DNA of 64,000 nt from the human T2T-CHM13v2.0 reference genome, Homo sapiens. The notes beneath the pieces were generated by a model. The model was not told the origin of the DNA. It did no database searches and saw nothing but the letters and a program-made list of their open reading frames with translations. Positions 19,701 to 39,486 of the stretch are shown here, one piece after another; within the stretch, counting starts at the first letter, position 1, and each line of letters opens with the position of its first letter. The position numbers and the translations under genes are program-made. Location of the stretch: the NCBI RefSeq assembly GCF_009914755.1, contig NC_060925.1; one strand, 5' to 3'.

Positions 19701-19999
19701 TTAAAAATAGGGACATTAGTGCATTTAGCAAATTTGAGTGTCTGCTGTGTATCAAGCACTGTTCTGGGCACTGGGACAGCACAGGGAGCAAATAAACAAA
19801 AGCCCCTGCGCTCAAGGTGCTCGTATTCTAGAGGGAGATGCTGAGTTCACCTCCCATTAAAATGCCATTCTCAAGATCCAGTCCCTCCACCCACCCCAGC
19901 CCCCAGGGTTTTGGTGGAAATTTAACTAAGTTGGAAGATTGATAATATCTCCATTCACATTTGGATATGATTTTAATGAAGGTTGCTTTTTGGTTTTTA

Positions 20000-20415
<416 letters not shown>

Positions 20416-20945
20416 AATTTGAGACTATGTTTATCATTAACTTTAAAATCTGTACTGCAGAATAGAGCAACTTTCTACCTGCGGTGCACTGCAGGGAAAG
20501 CCGTATCTTACAAGACTTCACAAAAGCCTTCAAAGAGTATTTTCTCTGCACTAACCTTCCTTTGCATGTGAGGGGCACGGCAGGGTTCTGAATGGGGCAG
20601 GTTTAGGATCAGGCCAGTCGGGACTGAGTGGATTCTTCTTCCCTCTGAGTTCTAAGAGCCATAGCATTGGTGGAGAACATGCTGTTTGTTGCTTGGTGGA
20701 AGGGACCAGAAGCCAGCTGGGTCATCTCTCTGTTTGTGCCTTGGCCACTTAGGTAGCCAAAGGAGCCCTCCTGACATTAGGTCAGGTGTTAGTCCCTCTC
20801 CTTTTCTGCTTTTAGTGTGTTTAAGCAAATAAACATTAAAGTTCATTTCTCCCCGCTCCCCTTTTTTAATCATAAGACAGACATGTTTGCAATGTTTAAA
20901 TTTCTCATTAATCAGAAGGGATAGGGAGTGAGGGAGTAAGCATTA

Positions 20946-22885
<1,940 letters not shown>

Positions 22886-24087
22886 TGACAAAATTGAGGC
22901 CCAACATGATTTACTTGCCTGGATCCACCCAACCTGTCAGTTACTTCCCAGTGCTGCTGCCAACTTAATGTCTCCTTAAAAGGATGCTTTAGAGAAAACG
23001 AAATCATGTTGTTTTTCCCCTTTGGTTAAGAGATCAAACGCCCACCAAAAGCCCTTGGGTCAGTTTCTTAGTAGATAAAAATAATTCTTCGTCACTTTCT
23101 GAAAGCGGCTAACATATAACCCTTATGATGAATAATGTGGTGTGTGTGTGTGTGCGCGCCCCAAATTCCAATGAGTTATCAAAGCCAGAAACTTATATTT
23201 TAAATATGTTTATTTCCCAACCACACTGGAAACCACACACAGAAAAAAAAAAAAGCATGATTATACCCCCTTAATAACCGTTACTGCAGAAGGATGTGAC
23301 TCTCCTTCAACACTTGTTGGTATTTTACAGCCTCCAAATCTGACCATGTATAACCACCTGGGATAGAGTTATTTTATTTCAGAACCATAATACTTAGCTA
23401 TCTCGGAAGTTGCCAATATAAAATGTTTACTCTCTAATGGTTTTGAACTAACTCAAGACCTGGTTATCCCGGGGAGCATCCTTACAAATGATCTGAGAGC
23501 TAACAGTCCTCTTGCAGCAGTGGAGGGAAACACTCCCGTGGCAATCACTCTCCAAAAGCCAGAATGTGCAAGATAAAAGGGCACCTTCCCTGCAGGGAGG
23601 CACATTAAGTCAGTCTGTGATCTGCTGCCAACATCCTGACTGGAGCCGTTTCTACGCCTAACTAATCATGACGTTTGTGAATTGTGAAGCTTGTTGCAAT
23701 TCACAATTAACTGTTAATTGACCCATATTTTATAACCCGCCAGCCATGAACTTACAAGTTAGATACAGACACTACCAGACATTCACTATTTTTTTTTACA
23801 ATTGTTTTAAATGACATTAATGAGCATGCTTGATTCCTGAACTCTTCTTTACAGTATAATTTTAAAATATTTGAGTGGGATACGATGGAGAGGAGGGAGG
23901 TGGGGGAAGAAATGCCCCATGGAAAACCCACTCATCAGGTTGAGAGTGTGGAGAAGCCCTGTGTATCTGAGAACTCTTAATCATCCACAGACATGGTATC
24001 TCTCAAAGAGAAGTGGGTGTAATTCCAAAATCTAATTTTGGCAGGCGCTCCTGACTAAATACTTAATCTGGAGATGTCTTCAAGGCA

Positions 24088-24290
24088 GGCGGAGGTTTTC
24101 AGTCCTGGCTGCACATTAGAAGTCCCAGGGGAGCTTTAAAAAATTCCCACGTCCTCCCTGCATCCCAGACTAATTAATCGGGATCTCCGAGGGTGGGACC
24201 ACACATCAGGGTTTTGTAAATTTCCCTGGGGGTTTGGTGGGGTTGGGGGTGGAGGCGTCTATCCTATGGCCAAGGTTGAGAACCACTGCT
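24088..24290. mobile_element. MER5A-like hAT-Charlie MITE
   Basis: ggctgcacattagaagtcccaggggagcttt...aaggttgagaaccactg. Confidence 0.6.
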
Positions 24291-24429
24291 TTTTAAAAGA
24301 CTGTTTGCTTGTTTTTGAGATGGGGTCTCGCTCTGTCACCCAGGCTGGAGTGCAGTGGCGCAATCTCAGCTCACTGCAACCTCTGCCTCCTGGGCTCAAG
24401 CAATTCTCCTGAAAAAGGCTGTTGGTTAT

Positions 24430-24630
24430 TAATGCTTCCCCACAGCTATTCTATTCATTGTTGCATGCTTCTTACGTGTGCTAGGATGGGAGCTTTAAAG
24501 GATTACCTCATTTAATCCTCACAACCACCTTGTGAGAGAGGTGTCATTATCCCTGTTTGGAGAGTGAGACAGGGGCTTAGCAAGCTCAGTAACCTGTCCA
24601 AGTCACACATCTGCATGGGGTTAGCTGCTG
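24430..24630 (-). mobile_element. MIR
   Basis: ctcatttaatcctcacaaccaccttgtgag...gtaacctgtccaagtcacaca, the MIR core. Confidence 0.7.
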
Positions 24631-25174
24631 CTAAAGCTCATGCCGTTAATCTCCATGGTACACGGTGTCCTCTCCATAGCAATCTTGCGGCTGCCTTGTT
24701 AACACCAAAAAAACTTGCATCAGCTGGTTTGACAATTTCTAGATAAAGAGCTCTTTTCGGGCTGCTAAGAAGCCTAATTTTTCATTTGATTTTCTTCTTG
24801 AACTGTGTCACACTCCTCATTCATTTGATATATTCATCAAATACTTATTGAGCACCTGCTGTGTGCCTGGTGTGCAGCAGTGACACCAGACATCCAAAGT
24901 CCTTTTCCTCTTAGAGCTTATTCTATCTGGGAGAGACAGATAATAAACACAAAATCAGTAAGTCATTTTATATGGTGGTAGGTGCCTTGAGGAAGATGAG
25001 CCAGGTTAATGGGATTAAGCCTGGTAGGGGGAGGGTGCCACTTTAGCTCGGAAAGGGTAGCGAGACCCAAACAATGCAAAGGACCCGGCCCGTGGAGATC
25101 TAAGACAGGAGGATGCCAGGGACAGGAAGTTGCTGGGGCAAAGCCCCTGAGGCTGGACTGAGCTCAGTGTTCTA

Positions 25175-25578
<404 letters not shown>

Positions 25579-26601
25579 CTAACATCTTGGAGTGCAGTGG
25601 CACCACCATGGCTCACTGCAGCCTCAATCTCCTGAGCTAATCGAGCCTCCCCTTCAGCCTCCTGAGTAGCTGGGACTATAGGCGTGCACCACCATACCTG
25701 AATAATCAAAACCTAACATCTTTAAAGAACATTGGCATAAGACTTGGCAAAAATGGCATCTTGTCCCTCATCTCATTTAGTCCAAGCGATACAGGAAATG
25801 CTGCCACCTCCATTTTATAGATGAGGAGTCTGACGTTCCTAGAGGTTCAATGCCCTGAAACGTCAAGCCTTGAGGAAGTTGGAGCACTGGGATTCGAAGA
25901 GCACCATCCAATACAGACCCAGAATCAGGATGATTTGGGATTATGCTTGTCAAGGACTCAGGGCAGGGCTACCATACATTAGGCACAAGAATTTTGATAG
26001 TGATAATTACTGTGTTCATTGTCACTTCATCATGACAGTTACCGTGATGATAAGAAACCTGGCCCTTCTTCACCTGACAAAGGCTTTCTTCGTTTGAGCC
26101 ACTGCTCAAACGAGACTGACCAAGAATAAATCCTCGGGGCTTTGGCCTTTAAAATAGGAAGTCATCATAAATGACTTGATGTGGTGTGTTTCATTCTTGC
26201 TTTGCACCAGTGGAAAATATACAGGTCAAGCATCAAAACATGGCAAATGGGGACCCCAATTATTAGAGAATCTAAGTTAATTTTTATGTATAATTAATTA
26301 TTCAACAACCCTCTCCTCTCCAAACCAATAATTAATCCATCTTTTGTATTTTAAGACCAATTCTGTAGTATTTTCCATCAATATCTATTTACTGCTAGCA
26401 GATATCAGCTACATTCTTTCTCCTTTAATAGAAGTTCCCTCTTTAGGTATTAAGATTCATTAAACAACAATAACAAATCTACCTTGCCTCCCAGGGACAA
26501 TGCACAGTTCTCATTCATTTGTTCATTTAGCAGATAATTTTTGAATTTCCACTGTACAGCAGCCCTGTGCTTGTGGTTGGCCTGTTATTTGAGAAGCATC
26601 A

Positions 26602-27040
<439 letters not shown>

Positions 27041-27337
27041 TCATGTATAATATATATGATAGTTATTTAAAGTATAGCAGGACAAAATGTATTTGATAGG
27101 AGAAAACCTTGTTTGCTCTGTGTTAAGTCCTCCAGAGAGCTAATTAGAGTTTGTGATTCTAAAAGGCAACTATAGATTCACTTATATTAGCAGTTCATGT
27201 AGATTCCAGTTAAGGAAATGGTTTGTCACTTGTGTTATTGAAAACACACACAGGGCGAGCACTGTGGCCCATGCTGGTAATCCCAGCGTTTTGGGAGGCT
27301 GAGGTGGGCAGATCACGGGGTCAGGAGTTTGAGATCA

Positions 27338-27532
<195 letters not shown>

Positions 27533-27665
27533 TCAAAAAAAAAGAAAGAAAACACACACACAAAAAAACTTTAGTAGATCTTTCGGCATATTATTTTTTA
27601 AAATAAACTGATAATGGTTGATATGATTGTTCAAAGAAATAAGAGCTTTTCATAAACTCAGTTTA

Positions 27666-27812
<147 letters not shown>

Positions 27813-27855
27813 TTAGCCAGGTGTGTTGGCTGGCGCCTGTAATCTCAGCAACTCA

Positions 27856-28008
<153 letters not shown>

Positions 28009-28314
28009 TTACAGAAACCTTCTGATGTTTTTTTCTTCTTGACGATAACATTGCCAACACTGAATCTTACAAAGATAAGACAAGAAAGGGACCTTCAGAC
28101 ACCATTACATGTAATTCTGGACTTAGTGGTTTAAATCCTTATTTTTCTATGACATTAAAAAAATGTATATTTTAGGCCAGGCACAGGGCTCACACCTGTA
28201 ATCCCAGCACTTCGGGAGGCCGAGGCAGGTGGATTGCTTCAGCCCAGGAGTTCAAGAGCAGCCTGGGGAACATAGTGAGACCCCTGTCCCTACAGATTTT
28301 TTTTTTTTGTTTGA

Positions 28315-28874
<560 letters not shown>

Positions 28875-29653
28875 TTAACCATTGTTAATATTTTTGTTAT
28901 AGATCCTTCCAAACTTTTCTCCATGCTTGTGATTGTATTTATTATACATGATTTACAGGGATATAAACGACTGTATTATTAGTCATTAGAAGAACTGGAT
29001 TATGGCCGGGCACGGTGGCTCACACCTGTAATCTCAGTACTCTGGGAGGCTGAAGTGAGCAGATCATGAGGTCAGGAAATCGAGACCATCCTGGCTAACA
29101 GAGTGAAACCCCGTCTCTACTAAAAATACAAAAAATTACCTGGGCGTGGTGGCAGGCGCCTGTAGTCCCAGCTACTCGGGAGGCTCAGGCAGGAGCAGAG
29201 ATACCTATCTGTTCTCAGGATTTTAAGGTGTTGCGCGGAAATAAGAAAACCGTACAGTGTTTCTCACTACAAAGCAGGGTCAGGAGATGCAAACAAACTG
29301 ATGTGGGGGTTCCAAGTGAGGTGGAATTCCAGACAGGGGCCGGGAAGACTTCGTGGAAAGGGAGAATCTGAGGTGGGTTTTCTAGGATGGGTAAAGTTCA
29401 TTAGAGGAAGAGAAGTGCAACAGAGGAAGTTCGGTGAGAGGTAGAGGGAAGGCGTTCTGATCATGAAGGAAACACTAGAAAAGGTATGGAGATAGAAAAA
29501 GATAAGGCCTGATTTTTTAACCTACCACTTAAAAAAAATCCTTGAAAAGAGATTTTTAAAACGAATACTTGGTGCTGACAAAGGTGAAATGACCGGGCGC
29601 GGTGGCTCACACCTGTAATCTCAGCACATTGGGAGGCTGAGGCGGGCAGATCA

Positions 29654-29993
<340 letters not shown>

Positions 29994-30120
29994 TTATCCT
30001 ATTAGTGGTGAGATGATTAAAGATGTGGCCCCAATTTATGTGAAAGGTATGCATCACATCTTCACTCATAATCAGGAGAGTTGGGGAAAACCCTAGCTGT
30101 TAATAGTTTATCCAAAATCC

Positions 30121-30950
<830 letters not shown>

Positions 30951-31861
30951 AGAAAAAGTACCCTGGAAAAAAAATTTCTCCCTGGCCAGTCACGGTGGCT
31001 CATACCTGTAATCCCAGCAATTCGAGAGGCTGAGGCAGGAGGATCACTTGAGCCCAGTAGTTCAAAACCAGCCAGTGCAACATAGTGGGACCCTGTCTCA
31101 AATAAAATCTAAAAATTAGCCAGGTGTGTTGGTGCATGTCTGTGGTCCCAGCTACTCAGGAGGCTGAGGTGAGAGTATTGCTTGAGCCTAGGAGGTTAAG
31201 GCGGCAGTGAGCCGTGATTGTGCCACTGCCATCCAACCTGGGCAACAAAGCAAGACCCTGTCTCAAAAAAAAAGAAAAAAAAAACCTCTCTATTCGCCTT
31301 TTAAGAATACCTGGGCTTCTCTGTGTACACTTAAGCTTCATTGGAGTCTTTAGACTTTTTTTTTGCTGTATCTGTCCAGTTACCAAGTCCCAGCTTCTAC
31401 TCCATGCTCCCCATGCTCTCTTCCTATTTTATTTTCCATGACTGCCTCGGTATAACTTGTGCTCAACCAAACTGGACTACTCAATTCCCTGCATTTTCTT
31501 TTTTAAAGTTTAATCAAAAAAAAAAAGAAAACTGGCTGGGCACAGTGGCTTCTGCCCACAATCTCGGTGCTTTGGGAAACTGAGGCAGGAGGATTGCTTA
31601 AGGCCAAGAGTTCAAGACCAGCCTGGGTAACATAGCAAGACCTCCATCTCCACAAAAAAATTTAAAAATTGACTGAGTGTGATGGTGTGCACCTAGTCCC
31701 AGCTGCTTGGGAGGCTGAGGCAGGAGAATTGCTTGAGCCCAGGAGTTCCAGGTTATGATGAGCTATGACTGTGCCACCGCACTCCAGCCAGGGTAACAGA
31801 GTGGGACTGTCTCAAAAAACAAAACAAAATCCCTAATATAATCTCAGTGTGCCTTTTAAGT

Positions 31862-31866
<5 letters not shown>

Positions 31867-31904
<38 letters not shown>
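31867..31904 (+). repeat. (TA)n microsatellite
   Basis: Directly visible. Confidence 0.9.
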
Positions 31905-31907
<3 letters not shown>

Positions 31908-33235
31908 ATTTTCTTTATCCACTCATTGATTTTCATGTAGTTCTAATCGTAGAATTCATACATTCTTTCTATCTTCCATCTTTCACATAACATCACAAAC
32001 ATTTTCTAGGTTGCCATATTGTCTTCATAGTTACTTAAATAATATTCCATCAAGTAGCACAATCATTTATTTCACTAGTCCTCTAACTGTAGACATTTTG
32101 GTTGTTTTTGAAACTTAATAATGTAAATAACACCGTGATAACAATGTTTATGTAAATTCATATTTTGGATTATCTCCTTAGGGTGGATTCCCAGAAGTCA
32201 CATTAGTAGGTCAAAGAGTATGAGCCTATTTTCAAGGCTCTTGTTTTATTACCTTTTAATTTCCACTTGCCTCAATATTGCTGGTTTGCTCCCTTATGAT
32301 CACCAGAGTTACTCCGTCGGTCCAAATTCTTTACCTTCCGAAACTGGGAAGGCCATGACTCAATGTTATATATATAGTAAAGGCTACTATAACCTTCCCC
32401 AGAATTTTCCAAGCCAGTGGTCTCTAAAGTGACCTTTGGCTGTTAAAATCTGAATTCAGAGGGTTCATGAGACTCAGTGTTGTTGTAGAATTTAAGCTCC
32501 TTAATTTGCCACGTTGTTTAGACACCACTTAATACTTTATTGCAAATGACTTGTCAACGCCTCTCACCTACAAACTTCATCCTCCTACAAATATACCTCC
32601 TGCTAATCAAATGAGGCTACAGTTGAGTCTTTAAGTTTCAGTAGAAAGATGGCCCTTCCTCTGGGGTAGGCGCATGCTCTTCATGCTGAAGCTCAGCTGA
32701 AAAGCCTCCTGCTGAGTTTTCTGCCTCTTTCCCTCCCACTGCACACACCCCAGGGTGTTGGCGCCACTTCAAAGGGAGCCTGTGGATGAAGAAAACACAG
32801 GTAAAGGCAGAGGGCTCATAAGGGGGCCATAAATTTAAAAAGTTAAGATTCCTGGCACTATCAACTCTCACTTGTTTTCAAATATGCATATGGAGTGGAT
32901 ATTCCAGTTTTCATGTCTGTGTTGTTGTTTTTAAAAAAAGACCTTTCAAAGAACTGTGCATTTTTTACAGGCTGACAGGCTGTGTTTGGTGTTAAACTGT
33001 CAGGGCTGACTGGTCACTTGGAAAGGGCAAGGGCTGAGGTGCATGCAAGTGTCGGCTGGTTACTCACAGACACAGCAGCCCCTTTTACCCCGGAGAGAGT
33101 TCTGTTTGCTGGAGCCCTTATTCTGGCCAGCAGTGTCACAAATGCACACTGTAAGACATAGACAGTCTTGGAAAGAAAGGGAAACTGGCTTTAAAAATTC
33201 TTACTCCTTCTAGCAAAGCAATTCATCTTTGGCTA

Positions 33236-33900
<665 letters not shown>

Positions 33901-33973
33901 AAAGAAACGAGCATTCTGAAATAGTCTTCCATATGATGCTTTTGACAATTCAGCAGGAAAATAAAGGATGTAA

Positions 33974-34417
<444 letters not shown>

Positions 34418-34932
34418 AGCTCTTCTTCTTCCTTCATTGGCCTCTCCGGATGTTGAAACAACCACAGGTCAAGAAGGAATGTGAATCTGTTGTTTTATAA
34501 GAGTTTAGGACAAGGACGTGGAACAGTGGACACTGGTTTTCCCCAAAGCTGGCAGTTTTGTGGAGGGGTAGCTTGTTTCGGTGGTGGATCTCTGTTTATT
34601 TTTGCACATCTGTTATAATTTAATATTCAAATCTGGAATTAAGAAAACATATTTTCTAGTATCCTCTAAGGGCCAAAGTCCTACAATCGGAATGGATTCA
34701 TGCCACGTTGAAGATAAAATTATCCTCTCTCTGAAATACGGTAAAGATTTAAATAGGTCCTGAGACTGTTGATAGCCCCAGACATACCCACAGCATTATA
34801 TGTAACATCTCTCCTGATCAGTGCCATTCCCACGGTTTCAAAGAAAACAGCTACAAGGAATGCTTACCTGAGTGTCTGCAGCACCCTCCACTTCTCTCCT
34901 AGGCAATGAGACCCAGTGGCTAGAAATTCACC

Positions 34933-36099
34933 ATGTCTATTCTCAAGATCCATGCCAGGGAGCTCTTTGACTCTCGTGGGAATCCCACTGTTGAGGTTGA
35001 TCTCTTCACCTCAGAAGGTCTCTTCAGAGCTGCTGTGCCCAGTGGTGCTTCAACTGGTATCTATGAGGTCCTAGAGCTCCAGGACAATGATAAGACTCGC
35101 TATATGGGGAAGGGTGTCTCAAAGCCTGTTGAGCCCATCAATAAAACTATTGCACCTGTCCTGGTTAGCAAGAAACTGAACGTCACAGAACAAGAGAAGA
35201 TTGACAAACTTATGATAGAGATGGATGGAACAGAAAATAAATCTAAATTTGGTGCAAATGCCATTCTGGGAGTGTCCCTCGCTGCCTGCAAAGCTAGTGC
35301 TGTTGAGAAGGGGGTTCCCCTGTACCACCACATCGCCGACTTGTCTGGCAACTCCAAAGTCATCTTGCCAGTCCCGGTGTTCAATGTCATCAATGGCAGT
35401 TCTCATGCTGTCACCAAGCTGGCCATGCAGGAGTTCATGGTCCTCCCAGTCGGTGCAGCAAACTTCAGGGAAGCCATGCCCATTGGAGCGGAGGTTTACC
35501 ACAGCCTGAAGAATGTCATCAAGGAGAAATATGGGAAAGATGCCACCGGTGTGGGGGATGGAGGCGCGTTTGCTCCCAACATCCTGGAGAATAAAGAAGG
35601 CCTGGAGCTGCTGAAGACTGCGATTGGGAAAGCTGGCTACACTGATAAGGTGATCGTCAGCATGGACGTAGAGGCCTCCGAGTTCTTCAGGTCTGGAAAG
35701 TATGACCTGGAATTCAAGTTTCTCGACGACCCCACCAGGTACATCTCACCTGACTGTCTGGCTGACCTGTACAAGTCCTTCATCAAAAACTACCCAGTGG
35801 TGTCTACTGAAGATCCCTTTGACCAGGATGACTGGGGAGCTTGGCAGAAGTTCACGGCCAGTGCAGGAATCCAGGTAGTGGAGGATGATCTCAGAGTGAC
35901 CAACCCAAAGAGGACAGCCTCGGCCGTGAATGAGAAGAAGTGCAACTGCCTCCTGCTCAAAGTGAACCAGATTCGCTCTGTGACTGAGTCCCTTCAGGCG
36001 TGCAAGCTGGCCCAGGCCAATGGTTGGTGTGTCATGGTGCCTCATCATTCTGGGGAGACTGAAAATACCTTCATCACTGACCTGGTGGTGGGGCTGTGA
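34933..36099 (+). other. Intact 388-codon enolase-derived ORF inside the retrocopy (translation unproven)
   Basis: ORF track 388 aa starting [24 protein letters not shown]. Kozak caccATG with A at -3. About 40-45 substitutions versus recalled ENO1. Confidence 0.6.
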
Positions 36100-36132
36100 C
36101 CTGGGCAGCTCAAGACTGGTGCCCCTTGCTGA

Positions 36133-36234
<102 letters not shown>

Positions 36235-36409
36235 TAAGCTGTGGGCAGGCAAGCCCTTCAGTCACCTGGTGGCTAATTAGACCCCTCCCCTTGTGTCAAC
36301 TCCGGCAGCTCAAGACCCCCGAGCAACATTTGTAGGGGCCGCTGCTAGTTAGCTACCCTTGCCCACCGCCGTGGAGTTCGCACCTCTTCCTTAGAACTTC
36401 TACAGAAGC

Positions 36410-36494
36410 AGGTTGCAGTGAGCCGAGATTGCGCCACTGCACACCAGTCTGGAGACAGAGTGAGAGTCCGTCCCAGAAAAAAAAAAAAAAAAAA
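36410..36494 (+). mobile_element. 5'-truncated Alu (end of right arm plus A-tail) nested in the ENO1 retrocopy 3'UTR
   Basis: aggttgcagtgagccgagattgcgccactgcac followed by poly(A). Perfect 17-bp TSD AGAACTTCTACAGAAGC at 36393-36409 and 36495-36511. Confidence 0.93.
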
Positions 36495-36645
36495 AGAACT
36501 TCTACAGAAGCCAAGCTCCCTGGAGCCCTGTTGGCAGCTCTAGCCTTGCAGTCATGTAATTGGCCCAAATCACCGGAGCCACGTGACCCTCCAGTGTCAT
36601 CTCCGGGGTGGCCACAGGCAAGATCCCCAGTGATTTTGTGCTCAA

Positions 36646-36651
36646 AATAAA
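36646..36651 (+). terminator. Polyadenylation signal AATAAA (ENO1-derived)
   Basis: ctcaaAATAAAaagcc, about 20 nt before the retrocopy A-tail. Downstream ctgtcttgttggtttattactttttttgtt resembles a CstF element. Confidence 0.7.
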
Positions 36652-37007
36652 AAGCCTCATTGACCCATGAGAAAAAAGAAAACAGCAATGAGAAGTGACC
36701 CTGTCTTGTTGGTTTATTACTTTTTTTGTTATAAAGTACTTTGGTGAATTAACAGGATGCTAGTATTACATGGTGATACTCTTCAGAACACCTGCCCCAT
36801 CTTTTTTATGCAAGTATGTTTACAATCAGTGGACTATCAGTAATGTCATTTGCTCAAATATTTTTTAAAGACCTACAGAAACTGATGGTTATTGGGAAAA
36901 CAGTCAGGAAGTAGTGAGGTAATCAAGGCCATGGGAATAGTGTTTGACAAAGAGAGTACTCCAAATCCCTTTTGGTTACCCAGGACTTTAAAAAAGAGAG
37001 TACTCCA

Positions 37008-37702
<695 letters not shown>

Positions 37703-39194
37703 TCACCCCTGAGATGAAGCTCAGTTAAGAAATAAATGAAAATCCCGTAACCTATTGGTGAAAGGTAACCACCCCCAGCTCCTACTAGCCCAACTTAAAA
37801 CAGGACCCCATCACACTACACAGCAGTTTAGCCAAGAAAAGGGGGTCTTTATGTGGACACTGGGAGGGAAGGGATTCCTTCAAATCCAAACTTTAAAGGA
37901 TTTTAAACAAATGAAACATTTGGTTCAAAGAATAGCTGATGTTTTTATTTGATGATTTTGGAGAAAGGAAAGTGTGGGGCATAATGGGGTTTGTTATTGG
38001 AAAGATCAGATTTTCTAGGTAATTTGGGTGGAGAAAGACAAAAGGCAAAGCTTTGACTGACAATTCCATGAAAGTGCTATTTGGTTTTGGTTATGGGCTT
38101 AGAAAATTAAGACACTTAGTTCAATTTGGAAGGATTCTGTATAAGTCCCTGATTAAAATAAGCAAAAATGATGAATAACACTGATTCAGTGCAACCGAAA
38201 GATTAGGATTAACTCAAAAGAAAGTTATTTTCTAAACCACCGTGATTTTTTCCACTGACAATTACAGCGGTTTTCATTAGGTTGCTGACACATGAAGTCA
38301 GCCTCACCATCAGTTGCAAACTCTAAACTAGCAAAATCTATTACAGAGACATACTTATCACTTCTGATTTAGTGCTAATCTCACCCAGCTCATCTTCTCT
38401 TGTCAGATTTATGAGATAAATGTCAGATTTATCACCAGATATATTGAAAGTAACAGCCAGTAATAAAATGTGAGATTTTAAAAAATAGATTCTTTGGCAA
38501 ATTGGTGTTCAGTGAGGCAATTATTAAACATTTTTGTCAGCCAGGTTCCAGGCACTGTACAGAAGCTGTTAGGAGTTCTCACCATCTACGAATTTGATTT
38601 GATGTATTGTATTCTCATTAAGCTATGTGTGACACATTGTCATTTATTAGCCCAGAATTTAAAAAGCTGTGGTTGTTTAGTGTTGGTGGTAGCAGACCCC
38701 AGCAGTCTGATGGTCTGCACTCCTTCCATCCTGCCACCCCCTGGGGATGCAAAGACTGGATCTCAGGGTGACAATCTTCTTGCGCACGACTGCCTGGCCA
38801 AGTGCCTCCAGAAAGCCCCTTCCTTCCCCCATTTCCACCCAGGCCCACTTGTCACCTCAGCCTAACACCAGCCTGCACAGTCTACGGCCACCATCCAGGC
38901 AGTGGGAGAGGGAAAGGGGAGGAGGGTGGAAGGGAAAACCCCTTTCTATACCTCTCCTCAGCCTGCTCTTTCCTCCTCCCACCTCTGAGCCTCCGCCTCC
39001 CCCAGACAGAGACAGAAAAGATGGAAGAACAGGTGGGACCTCCACCCCCACCCCAAGCCTTCATCCCGGTGGAGGGGGATGGGAAGATTTCTCTCATTTC
39101 AAGAGACTCCTCCACCTCAGACTGACAAAAGGCAGAGGCCTGGCAAGAAGAAAGGGCACCCTGGGGAAGAAGGGCATTGAAATAGCACCTGCCG

Positions 39195-39486
39195 GGCCGG
39201 GCACGGTGGCTCACGCCTGTAATCCCAACACTTTGGGAGGCCGAGGCGCGTGGATCACGGGGTCAGGAGTTCAAGACCAGCCTGGCCAAGATGGTGAAAC
39301 CCCGTCTCTACTAAAAATACAAAAAGTAGCCAGGCGTGGTAGCGGGTGCCTGTAGTCCCAGCTACTCCGGAGGCTGAGACAGGGAACTGCTTGAACTGGG
39401 AAGGTGGAGGTTGCAGTGAGCCAAGATCGTGCCATGCACTCCAGCCTGGGCGACAGAGTGAGACTCCATCTCAAAAAACCAAAACA
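39195..39486 (+). mobile_element. Alu
   Basis: TSD gaaatagcacctgcc. Confidence 0.9.

Noticed and set aside
34880-34932. In-frame EDARADD-enolase fusion by splicing into acceptor-like AGs in the retrocopy 5'UTR (e.g. cttctctcctAG at 34901-34902)
   Set aside because: From the phase-1 donor at 20046, the three AGs checked (34881, 34902, 34923) are out of frame with the enolase ATG. A phase-0 join at 34903 meets the in-frame TAG at 34921.
35135-35600. AATAAA hexamers inside the enolase coding sequence
   Set aside because: By recollection they are inherited from the ENO1 CDS, and they lack obvious downstream GU-rich elements.
38747-39355. 202-aa ORF
   Set aside because: Low-complexity GC-rich sequence running into an Alu; no recognisable domain or exon structure.
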